Source: an uncultured Actinomycetota bacterium (GTDB lineage Bacteria > Actinomycetota > Thermoleophilia > RBG-16-64-13). From it: 64,000 nt of DNA. Below the pieces are notes generated by a model. The model worked only from the letters and a program-made list of their open reading frames with translations, had not been told where the DNA came from and did no database searches. The translations under genes were made by a program, and so were the position numbers. Shown in pieces: positions 1 to 12,248 of this stretch (the stretch's first letter is position 1; the number at the start of each line of letters is the position of its first letter). Where the stretch lies: the NCBI GenBank assembly GCA_963803925.1, contig CAWDOM010000005.1, positions 5,088 to 69,087 on the forward strand. Direction: 5' to 3'.

Positions 1-1826
<1,826 letters not shown>

Positions 1827-1953
1827 TGCTGACCTTCTATTGAAGAATGGTTCCTATTTAAGTATAGGTGAGCAAGAAGGCCGGCGCAAGGGAGTGCCCG
1901 GCCCGTTTGGACCGGGCTCAGGCGAACGGGTCAGGATCAGGATAGCCTCCGGT

Positions 1954-4947
1954 CTACCCTGCCGCATCCCTGGGCCACTTCTCCACCTGGACCAGGCAGG
2001 AGTTGGCCGCCGTGGCGTGCGACTTCTTGATCTGCATGCGGCTCGGCGTGAGGAGTGTTCACGCAGCCGCCCCGGTCGTCGGAATGGCCGGGCTTCCCGA
2101 TCGGGTCGTAGACCGCCGACGACTCGTAGGAGTGCACCAGGCCCGGCCGCACCCGCTCGGTGACCTGCGCGGCGCAGATGACGCCGCCGCGGTCGTTGTG
2201 GAGCCGGATGAGGTCGTGCTGCTTGATGCCCCGCGCCTCGGCGTCGGCCGGGTTGATGCGGGCGATCCAGTAGTGGTAGCCGTCGATCGAGCACCCGGTG
2301 GTCCGTCGATGTCGTTGAGCGCCCCGCCCTTGCCGTCGTGGTGGGTGTGGAACGAGAAGCGCGGGTGCGGCGTGATGAGCTGCAGCGGGTACTTGTCGAC
2401 GAGGCTCGGTGGTGTGCGGACCCTCCCACGACTCCCGCCAGGTCATCATGGGCGGACGCTCGGGGTCGTCGGGGTCGAAGCGCTTGAGGCTCGACGACTC
2501 GAACTCCAGAGCGGCCCGATCTGCGTCTGCAGCCCGCGCTGCCATTCCTCGGTGTAGTCGCCGGGCAGCGGGCTGAGTTCGGGCACGTCTTTGAGCCGGT
2601 CCTCGGCGAACCAGGAGTACGACACCGGGTCGCGCAGCTTCTCCGGGCAGCGGCGGCACCACGTAGTAGCCCTTCTGCAGGAACTTCTTCCAGGACGTCA
2701 CCCGCGGCAGGTCGGTGGCCTCGAACAGCCGCCGGCACCACTCGATCTCGCTGCTGCCCTCGGCGAAGGCGTTGCCCAGGCCGAGGCGCTCGGCCAGCTC
2801 GAGGAAGATCTGGAAGTCGGACTTCGATCTCGCCCAGCGGCTCGATGCACTTGTGCTGCATCACCGCCACCCGGTGGTTGCACTGGGTGAAGGCGTGCTC
2901 GGCGTAGCCGCCGGGGTTGGCGAACTCGCCGATGTCCCAGCGCTCGAAGTTGGTGCAGGCCGGCAGGATGACGTCGGCGAACTTGGCCTCGCCCTCGATC
3001 CAGATGGACTGGTTGACCACGAACTCCAGGTTCTCGCGAGGCGTACATGCGGGCGTAGCGGTTGGTGTCGACCATCGTGCCGATGTGGGAACCGCCGTAC
3101 TTGTAGTACATCTTGACCGGCGAATGGCCCGGGCGCCGGGATAGCTGAACGTGCCGAACTGGGCCTCGATGGTCTTGCCGTCGTTCATGTAGGCCTCGGC
3201 CTGACCGTCCATGTATGGCCTCGGGGATCTTGAGGCGCGGCACCGCCTGCTTCACCGGGTTCATGCTCACGAGCTGCGGCATGCGCTGGTACATGTGGAG
3301 CGATAGACCGGTGGCGTCGAGGTCGCCGGACATGCCGCCCTCGGCGTAGCCCGGGAAGTAGAAGCGGGTGTCGAGCGGGAGCGCCCTGCTGCAGGCAGCC
3401 CATGTTGACGCCCGGCTTGCCCAGCCCCTGCATGGCCATGAGATACACCATGCCCCGCGCCCAGTCGGTGCCGGTGGCGGTACGGCAGGCGCCGCCAAAG
3501 CCCACGTAGCCGCCGGGGGCCAGGTAGGTCTTCTTGCTGCCCCACTCCCGGGCCAGGGCGCGCACGTCCTTGGCCGGGACGCCGGTCTCGGCCTCCTGCC
3601 ACTCGGGGGTCTTGGCGATGCCGTCGTCCTCGCCCAGCACGTAGGTCTTCCAGTCGTCGAAGCCGGTGGTGCGCTCGAACACGTACTTCTTGTCGTACAG
3701 GTTCTCGGTGATCCACACGTAGGCGATGGCCAGGATCAGGGCGCTGTCGGTGCCGGGCTTCGGCGCCAGCCACTTGCCGCCCAGCCAGCCGGCGGTGTGG
3801 TTGAAGTAGGGGTCGATGTGGACCATGGGGATGCCCAACTCCTTGAGCCAGTGCCGGCGGACGGTGCCTTCCTGCGCTCCGTACACGCCGCTCGTGGCCT
3901 CGGGGTCGCTCGACCAGAAGACGATCATCTCGGCGTTCTTGAGGCAGATCCTCGACGGTGCTGAAGGTCTCGCCGCCGCCCAGGCGGGTGCTCTGGCCCC
4001 AGTGGTGCATGGCGCCCCAGTACCAGCCCTCCCAGCTGAATCGGGATTGTGGACGATGGGAGTCCAGCCGATGGAGTTGAAGAAGCGGATGCGGGCCGAA
4101 AGCCAGTAGCCGATGGCCCCCCAGTTCTGGTGCGAGCCGCTGCCGTTCATGATGGCGCCCGGACCGTGGTCGCGCTTGACCCGCTTGATCTCGTCGGCGA
4201 CCAGGTCGAGGGCCTCGTCCCAGCTGATGCGCTCGTAGCCGGAGACGCCGCGGTTCTGCGGGTTGCGCTCGCCGTTCGGGTCGAAGTCGACCCGCTTCAT
4301 GGGATAGAGCAGGCGGTCGGGCGAGTAGATGAGCGACTTCCAGGCCAGAGTGTGCGGACTGACGGTGGTCGTGTGCGGGGAGGAGTGAACTCCTGCCGCG
4401 GGCCCTGATGGTCCAGGGCTTGGCGTCGGACTCGTCGAACTCGATCGGGGTGATGCGGACGATCTTGCCGTCTTTCACGTAGACGAACACCGGGCCGCCG
4501 TTGGAGTTGTTGGTGTAGCGGACGGTGCCGTCCTTCATCTTGACGCCGTACTCGTTGCCGGCGGACAGCATCTTGGTGAGGGTGGTGGTGAACCAGGTGA
4601 CCAGGTGGTCGTCGCCGGCCACCTCGAGCTGGAAGGTCTTGGCGGCGCTGAGGAACTCGAGTTGGTCGCGCTTCGGCCGGAGGATGCGGGCGGCCACGGC
4701 GGCGTCCTGGAAGGACATGACCACGTCGGGCTTCGGGATGGATGCCGTGCCGGGAGCGTGACCTTGCCGTCCTGGAAGATGTAGTAGCGGCCCTGGGAGT
4801 CGTCGCGGATCTTGACCTGGGCCACCAGGTTCTCCTTCGCCAGCCAGTCGCGCACCTCGGGGTGCCGCGAGCCTGCACCCGCATGAGCTGCGCCATTCCC
4901 CAGGTGGTGACGGCGAACCGGACCTTGTCGACCATGCTGGCGGCCAT
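1954..4947 (-). pseudogene. molybdopterin (DMSO-reductase family) large subunit, pyrogallol-phloroglucinol transhydroxylase (AthL) / resorcinol hydroxylase (RhL) type. Has a ~130-aa N-terminal extension and at least 10 frameshifts.
   Basis: Rebuilt from ORFs 4297..4947, 4535..5017, 3267..4724, 3185..4300, 2698..3498, 1854..3212 and 1937..2701. Segments that match my recollection of AthL: VRYTNNSNGGPVFVYVKDGKIVRITPIEFDESDAKPWTIRARG; MKRVDFDPNGERNPQNRG; YERISWDEALDLVADEIKRVKRDHGPGAI; HNPDS/WEGWYWGAMHHWG; KNAEMIVFWSSDPEATSG...HIDPYFNHTAGWLGGKWLAPKPGTD; LDTRFYFPGYAEGGMSGD; MYYKYGGSHIGTMVDTNRYARMY; FADVILPACTNFERWDIGEFAN; IDGYHYWIARINPADAEARGIKQHDLIRLHNDRGGVICAAQVTERVRPGLVHSYESSAVYDP; C-terminus ...NSCLVQVEKWPRDAAG with stop at 1954-1956. 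Confidence 0.8.
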
Positions 4948-5830
4948 CAGCGCTCGCCTCCCACCATGATCGTGCCGAGATTGACGACTGCGCCCGAGCG
5001 TCGACGGTCACGCGCACGGGCTCGTGCCTCGTTCAACGCGATCTCGACCACGTACTCGCCCGAGTCGCGCCTGCAGCCCGTCGAACTTGAAGTCGCCGAA
5101 AGCGTCGGTGGACGACGAGTCCGCGGAGGGACGCCGCCTTCGTCAAAGCCGGTCCTGCTAGACGGCGGTCCGATGGCCGCCGGCCGGCGCAGTCGACGAC
5201 GCCGTCCCGCTCGACCGCCACGCTCCCGGCGATGAAGCAGGAGTCGAATCGGGTGCAGGTTCTTGTAGCAGACGGCGGTGCTCTTCGGGCGCGCCCGCGT
5301 GAAGCGTCTCGAGCCCTCGCCGGCCGCGCGCTCGGCGAACTCGTGCGTCGGTCTCCCGGACGAAGGAGAGAGCGCCCGGGCCGCAGGCCTGCACGCAGCG
5401 GGGCTTGGTCCAGCCGTCGTCGAGTAGGTGGGCGCAGAGGGTGCACTTCTGGGGCAGCGTCGCTCTCTTCGCTCCAGGCGATCATGCCGTAGGGGCAGGC
5501 TTCCACCAGTTCCGGCTTCCCGGCGGCCTTCTCCGGGTCGATGAGCACGATGCCGTCGGCCCTCTTGCTGATCGCGCCCCCTGAGCGGGCCACGCACGGG
5601 GCGTCGGCGCAGTGAGTGCAGAGCGTGGGCCGGTAGGCCACGTCGATGCAGCGGGATACTGACCCCGCTCATTGCAGGGGAACTCGATCCAGCGCTCGCC
5701 GTGATCCGATTGAGGCCGCGAGTAGCCCGGCCAGTCGTTGCCGGCATGCTCGTCCTTGCAGGCCAGGAAGACAGTTGTTGCAGCCCTGGCAGCGGGCCAC
5801 GTCAACAACCAGATGCCACTTCTTCACCAT
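4947..5830 (-). pseudogene. Fe-S (4Fe-4S ferredoxin-type) small subunit of the transhydroxylase/resorcinol-hydroxylase type (BthL/RhS-like), frameshifted
   Basis: Segments: MVKKWHLVVDVARCQGCNNC; LACKDEHAGNDWPGYSRPQSDHGERWI; YRPTLCTHCADAPCVARSGGAISKRADGIVLIDPEKAAGKPELVEACPYGMIAWSEES; VCYKNLH; a C-terminal GEYVVEIALNEA immunoglobulin-like tail. The stop overlaps the alpha-subunit start (TGATG at 4945-4949). Confidence 0.75.
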
Positions 5831-5896
5831 GGCCCCCGTCACGTATGGAATTGTCGCTAGTGGATGAGTGAGATAGAACTCCAATCCACGGCGTGT

Positions 5897-5920
5897 AAAC
5901 TACCGTGCGGTAGGTAGTTT
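5897..5920. promoter_or_regulatory. perfect 8-bp inverted repeat AAACTACC-N8-GGTAGTTT, about 70-90 nt upstream of the beta/alpha Mo-enzyme genes; candidate operator
   Basis: Read directly from the sequence: gtAAACTACCgtgcggtaGGTAGTTTgtc. It lies in the 5831..6037 intergenic gap and no T-tract follows on either strand. Confidence 0.3.
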
Positions 5921-6037
5921 GTCAATGGGCGGGGTGTTCGTTCGCCGACCCGTCCACCACCGCAAGGGAGAGCGCATCCAGGCCCATGTCGTCCTCGCCG
6001 GCCCGCGCTTCTTCTCGTTCGCGTGGCGGAAGTGAGG

Positions 6038-6995
6038 TCAGACGATGTCCGGCCGAACCTGCGCCGGGAGGTCGAACGCCTGCTTCTCCCCCGTGTCGAG
6101 CGGGCTGACGTCGACGATACGCCAGGTTTGCCTCCACCCCCAGCCGTTGCCCTTCTTCGAGATCCGCCCGAGACCGGGAAACGGGAAGTGAAAGGCCATG
6201 ATTCGGCAGTCGTCGGCGGCCGCCGTGGCGAGCAGGGCGCGCCGGTCGGCGACCACCAGATCGGGCGGCGTATCGACGCCGGCGACCCACTCGGGCTCTT
6301 CCAGGTGGATGGGGTGCAACGCCAGGTCGGAGATGCAGACGAGCCGCTCGGCGCAGGGACGTGATCCACGCCGTCAGATGCCCCGGGGTATGACCTGCGC
6401 CAGGCACCACCCGGATGCCGGGCTGGATCTCCTCCTCGCCGGCGACCAGGGTCGATCGTTCTTCGATCGGCCGGAGATTCCGGTGGGCGCATGCCCACGA
6501 GCATGTGTCGGCTATCCTCGGGCGACACCGCCTCCGCCTGACCCTCCATCCAGAACTCCCACTCGGCCTTCGCCATGACCCACCTGGCGTTGGGAAAAAG
6601 GACCGTCCCTTCGGCATCGGTGTTGCCCCCGAGATGATCGGGGTGGCCGTGAGTGAGCACGACGAGATCGATCTGGCCGGCGTCGATTCCCAGCGACGCA
6701 AGGCTCTCGAGCAACTTCCCGGTGGTCGGGCTCGACGCCCCCGCGCCGGTGTCGATCAGCACCTGGCTGCCCCCCGCGTTGACGATCAGGCAGGCGTAGG
6801 CAGTCGTCCACGCCTTCCATGCCTCCGGCCCTGAGCCGTCGGCCGCGAGCGCCCGGGTCAGACGATCGGGAGGCGCGTTGACGAACAACATCTCCGGCGG
6901 TGAGGGGAAGGCGGAGGAGCGTCGGTGAAGAAGCCGTCACTGACGGCCGCGCAATCGAAATCTCCGACCTTGAACTGATAGGCGCCGCCGCTCAC
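6038..6995 (-). pseudogene. MBL-fold metallo-hydrolase, at least 3 frameshifts
   Basis: GTG at 6995 preceded by GAGGTGG. Segments: VSGGAYQFKVGDFDCAAVSDGFF; MLFVNAPPDRL...VLIDTGAG...DLVVLTHGHPDHLGG (HxHxDH motif); IQPGIRVVPGAGHTPGH; C-terminal ORF 6038..6319. Confidence 0.65.
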
Positions 6996-7089
6996 GTCCG
7001 CCACCTCGCCTGATCGACTGGGAATCGCTGCGCGGGGCTCGCCGGCTTTCGATCAACCGCGCCCCACGCTACCACGCCGTCAGCAGAAC

Positions 7090-8453
7090 TCAGGCCCCTG
7101 CGCGGCAGGCTATCGCGCTCACATCCAGCTTTTCGTTGCGGTCTTGGCCGAAGTAGGGGAAGCGCGCGACTTTCGCTCGGATCTCCTTCTGGCGCGTTCC
7201 CGGATCGCCCCACAGAACCACGACGTCGGTACCCAGGGCGCTGTGCTCCACGTCGATCGAGCAGAGCGAGATCATCTCCCGGTAGTAGTAGCTGTGCGCA
7301 CGACCGGAACTCACACCTACGAGCTTGCCGTCAGCCAGCACCTGGTCGGCGTAGATCACGTTCGAGGCGCCCTCGAACGTGAAGTGGCTGGGCTCGCCTA
7401 TGGCTTGGTACCGGCTCGCCCGACCGGAACTCCGAAGCATATACGTCGAGAACATCCTCTTACTTCCATCGAGAGAGACCATCTTGCGACGCCCCATCGC
7501 CACCATCTTCTCGAGAGCCGCGCGACCGACGAACTCGTGGTCGAACTTGATCATGGCTGCCCAACCGAGCTCGACGGGATTCCGGTAGCGCAGAGAAATA
7601 TCGGGACCCATGCTGCCCCGCAGCAGGTAGTCGCCCCGATGGCCCCACCCATGCTCGAGAGGAACTCCAAGAAGCCCTTGTCTTCACCCCACGGATAGGG
7701 GAAGTGGTAGTACGCCTGTGGGAAGCCGTTTTCGGTGTGGTTCATCATGTAGGCGTGAATGCCCAGCTTGCGGATGCCGAACTGCTCGCCCGCCCGGTAG
7801 ATCGCCTCGTACGACGGGCCTGGCATCTTCGACCTTTCCGTGCACCTCGTAGGCGAGGCTGCCCGCCATGCCCATTCGCAGTATCCGAACCTCGAGTCCA
7901 TCGATGCCGCTCATGCGATGATGCATGAATTCGATGTCGTGAAGACACTCGCCGGTGGCCTCCTCGAGCACCTCGAGAGAGCGCGGACCCGCCACCTGGA
8001 AGAGAAAGACTCGGCCGGTAAGGTTCTCGCCCTCGAGATCGAACCTTCCCTTCACAAGAAGCGCATACGGAAGATACGGCGCCATCCAGTAGGTAAGGAA
8101 GTCGTCGTCGGCCAGCCTGATGATCACTCCGTCTTGCATGACCAGGCCTTGCTCGGTGCGCATGATTCCGTGCTTGCCGGTGCCGATCGGGAAGTTCTCG
8201 AAGGTGTTGACGCAGATCCCGGCCAGCGCCTTGACCGCCTCGGGGCCGCGCACCCTGAAGGTGGGCGTGGGATTGAGATTGCCATGGAGATAGCAGGTTT
8301 GTTTCCAAGCCAAGGTTTCATCTCGCCAGCCCGTGTACTCGTAGGGCACGGCGTGGGAAAGCCGGTGCCCGTGTACAGGCCGACGTTCAGCGGATCGTAC
8401 GGCACGAATATTGAATGCGGAAGGACCTTCTCCACCTCGACTCGTGGATTCAC
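7090..8453 (-). pseudogene. GcvT-fold, tetrahydrofolate-dependent aromatic O-demethylase (LigM/DesA-like), at least 3 frameshifts
   Basis: Joined ORFs 8124..8453, 7684..8349, 7551..7901 and 7090..7611, about 454 codons in total. Segments: YTGWRDETLAWKQTCYL; DGVIIRLADDDFLTY; FLFQVAGPRSLEVLE; RILRMGMAGSLAYEVHG; YRNPVELGWAAMIKFDHEFVGRAALEKM. These parallel my recollection of LigM ([27 protein letters not shown]). GTG start at 8453 with GAAGG upstream. Confidence 0.7.
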
Positions 8454-8475
8454 GCGCGAACCTTCGGCTGATCTG

Positions 8476-9474
<999 letters not shown>

Positions 9475-9560
9475 GCTCTACCTTCCGCACGAATCGGCGA
9501 GGCCGCACGTCTCCACTCAGAGTGCGGCCTCGCCTAGATGGTTACTCCACCGACCGAGCG

Positions 9561-10240
9561 CTACTTCAGCATCTCGTAGCCGACTTTGCCGTCTTGAATC
9601 CACGAGATCATGTCCGGTCCTATCGCCACATGATCGATACCGAAGATGTTCTCGCCATAGATGTCAGTACCACCCCAGGTGGCCGGGCCCCATATGGTGT
9701 CGAAGCTGGACATGCCGTCCATGGCGGCCAACACCTTGTCGGGGTCGAACACTCTGAGCCGCCAGAATGCACTGGATCATCAGGTATATGGAATCGAGAG
9801 GCATCGGGCTATCCATCGTGAACGGACTACCGGCTGCCTCGACCATCGGACGCAGTTGCTTCACGATGTCGGGCATCTGGTCGCTCAGCACGTCCATCTC
9901 GCCACCGAAGAGTATGTCGTGAGCGTACTTGGGCGTGAGCATGGCGTTGACGATATTCGGGTCACCGATTGGAGCGGCGCCCCAGATCGGACCTTCGAAA
10001 CCGAGCTCTCGCGCCTGATTCGCTATGCCGGCGGTCCAGGGCGGAATACCGAAGAGAAGCTCCAGCGCGTCGGGCTTTGCAGCCAGAGCCTTGTTGAGCA
10101 TCGGGTAGTAGTCCTCAGTGCCGATCGGGAACTTCTCTTCGTAGACGATTTCCATTCCCCGAGCCACGATTTCGAGACAGGCACCCGTGATGGCTTCTTC
10201 AGGAGTATGGCGTCAATAAGAAGCTGGGCGCGCTCGACGT
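9561..10240 (-). pseudogene. type-I (LivK-like) ABC substrate-binding protein. The C-terminal two-thirds only are present; there is no signal peptide or N-terminal lobe, and it is frameshifted.
   Basis: ORFs 9664..10167 and 9561..9752 (…GMEIVYEEKFPIGTEDYYPMLNKALAAKPDALELLFGIPPW...). The upstream 10240..10437 stretch has no continuous frame or lipoprotein signal. Confidence 0.55.
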
Positions 10241-10437
10241 AGCTCGTTCTCGCGGTGTCGGTTGCGAACTGAACATTCGAAGCGCTCAGCCAACGTCAAA
10301 AGCGCGGAGCACGCCGCTCCTTCCAGCCGAGCTTCTCCCCGCCTTCGAAGGTTGGGTCGGGCGAGGATTGGGTCGAGGCATCACTCGCTATCGTTCCTCT
10401 TGCTCAGTCGTTGTCTCTGCTGCCGAACGCGGGGGAC

Positions 10438-11892
10438 TTAGCCACGCGTCAGGTAGGTCAGAACGTTCCGCCCGGCGATGCGCCCGGAATTGAGCGCAAA
10501 CGCCGACGAGAGCCCTGACGAGACCCGGATGGGATAGCTATCTCCATACATGCCGCCCGCATCGAAGCCCCCGGCATAGAGGCCGGGGATGACGGCGTTC
10601 TTCTTGTCCAGCGCTTCCAGCTTCTCGTTGACCTTGATGCCGCCCTTGGTGCCGAGGGCGACCGTGCGCGCCTTGACGGCGTAGAACCTGGGCCCGACGA
10701 GAGGACGCAGGTACTTGCTTGGTTTCGCGAATAGGCGGTCATGTCCCACGGCGCAGAAGGAGTTGTACTCGTCAATCGTCGCTCGGACGATGACTGGATC
10801 GACTCCCATGGCCACGGAAAGCTCCTCAATCGAACCGGCCGCCAGGACTTCCGTGGTTCCGCCTGCGAGCGCGGCCTCGATCACGTTGCGCACGTTCACC
10901 GGCTTGTATCCCGGCGGGGCCTCGATGCTCAGCGCCCGGTCCACGCCGGCCCGCATGACGCGCTCGATGATGGAGTCGTCGAACAAACTGTAGGTATAGC
11001 CGTCGCCGGAGAACCGGGCGTTGGCGTTGCCGGAGTGCGTGTCGTGAAAGGCCACGCTCTCGTCGCAGAAACGTTGTCCCCGAGCAGTGACATAGAGATC
11101 GGGCTGCATGGCGACGATTTCGAGGTCGTTGCCCATGGCGAACTCGGGCCCGACCGGGGCTACCCGCACCAGTTCGACACCTTCGAGCCCGTCTTCCGCC
11201 GCTCCCGCCTCCCAGGCCATGCGGATGCCGTCGCCCATCTTGCCGGTATTGCCGACCGCGACAAGATCGGCGCCAAGTTCGTGCCCGCAGTACTTTCTAA
11301 CCCATTCCTTGTTGTTCAGAAAGCCGCCGGTGGCGATGATGAGCGCGCTTGCGGCCACGTCGACCTCGTCGCCGTCGTTATCGACGACGACTCCCCCTAC
11401 GCGGCCGTCCGTTTTCGACACGGCCACAACTGGTGTTCCGGGGAAGAGCTGCGCCCCCGCCTCCTTGGCCCGAACGGCAAGAGCCTTGATTATGGCGGCG
11501 CCGTCTCCCTTGATCGCGTGGTAGGTGCTCGGTGCGCCGGGCATGTTGGCCATCTGCCCGGTGAACTCGACGCCATGGTCTTGCAGCCAGTCGATGGTCG
11601 CGGCCGATTCGTCGACGATGGCCCTCACCAGCCTGGCGTTCGCCCTCCAGTGACTGTACTCCATGATGTTTCTGAACGCGTCGTCACGACTGTAGTCGAT
11701 ATAGCGCTCACGCTGCATCCGGCTCTCGACGGCGAAGGTGCCATGGAAGAAGTTCGAAGTACCACCGAGCGAGCGCTGCTTCTCGAAGACGGCCACGGTG
11801 GCCCCGCCCTCCGCCAGAGTCACGGCGGCGGCCAAGCCGGTCGCTCCCGACCCGGCAACAACGACATCGACCTCTGTTGGTATCGCGCTCAC
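10438..11892 (-). CDS. FAD-binding dehydrogenase of the fumarate-reductase/KstD flavoprotein superfamily
   Basis: Intact ORF. The likely start is the GTG at 11892 (GAGGGGA upstream), giving VSAIPTEVDVVVAGSGATGLAAAVTLAEGGATVAVFEK (GxGxxG). C-terminal motif IPGLYAGGFDAGG. Confidence 0.85.
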   Translation of the reverse strand: MSAIPTEVDVVVAGSGATGLAAAVTLAEGGATVAVFEKQRSLGGTSNFFHGTFAVESRMQRERYIDYSRDDAFRNIMEYSHWRANARLVRAIVDESAATIDWLQDHGVEFTGQMANMPGAPSTYHAIKGDGAAIIKALAVRAKEAGAQLFPGTPVVAVSKTDGRVGGVVVDNDGDEVDVAASALIIATGGFLNNKEWVRKYCGHELGADLVAVGNTGKMGDGIRMAWEAGAAEDGLEGVELVRVAPVGPEFAMGNDLEIVAMQPDLYVTARGQRFCDESVAFHDTHSGNANARFSGDGYTYSLFDDSIIERVMRAGVDRALSIEAPPGYKPVNVRNVIEAALAGGTTEVLAAGSIEELSVAMGVDPVIVRATIDEYNSFCAVGHDRLFAKPSKYLRPLVGPRFYAVKARTVALGTKGGIKVNEKLEALDKKNAVIPGLYAGGFDAGGMYGDSYPIRVSSGLSSAFALNSGRIAGRNVLTYLTRG

Positions 11893-11920
11893 TAGTTCCC
11901 CTCGTCTTCCGTCGAGTTCA

Positions 11921-12136
11921 TTACAGCCGGACTTCAATATCCCACAGGTAGCCGTCACCGACCCGGGCCACTTCGGTAGCCAACCGCGCACCGCAAGCCG
12001 GACAGAAGAACTCGCGGGAGCACATCGTGCTCATCATGCCCGTGGCGGACGAACGAAGGAGGCGAAGTCGCCGTATTCCCGCCCATTTCGGGGGGATGAG
12101 AGCGTAGCGTCGCACCCTGCTATAGTGCCTGACCAT
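11921..12136 (-). pseudogene. possible relic of an acetone-carboxylase-gamma-like small subunit (C-terminal ~35 aa only)
   Basis: The tail of the 71-aa ORF, REFFCPACGARLATEVARVGDGYLWDIEV, resembles the zinc-ribbon C-terminus of AcxC-type proteins. The rest is low-complexity. Confidence 0.25.
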
Positions 12137-12248
12137 GGATTACTGAGACCAACCGGTGTTCGACTCCGGCGGCCGCGTGCGAGCCGCCATGCCGATCGAG
12201 GCGCCCGTCGGAGAGTGTTCTCAGACGTACGGCAACGGGAGAGGCATC

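Noticed and set aside
1827-1953. Fur/PerR box in the AT-rich stretch upstream of furA (TTCTATTGAAGAATGGTTCCTATTTAAG)
   Set aside because: It contains only a short GAAnnnTTC core and CTATT direct repeats. I cannot match it to a Fur or PerR consensus, so it is left as a probable promoter region only.
1854-3212. 452-aa ORF taken as a single gene
   Set aside because: Only parts of it (MDGQAEAYMNDGKTIEAQF..., ENLEFVVNQSIWIEGEAKFADVILPACTNFERWD...) are real protein. The remainder is out-of-frame read-through of the frameshifted Mo-enzyme alpha gene.
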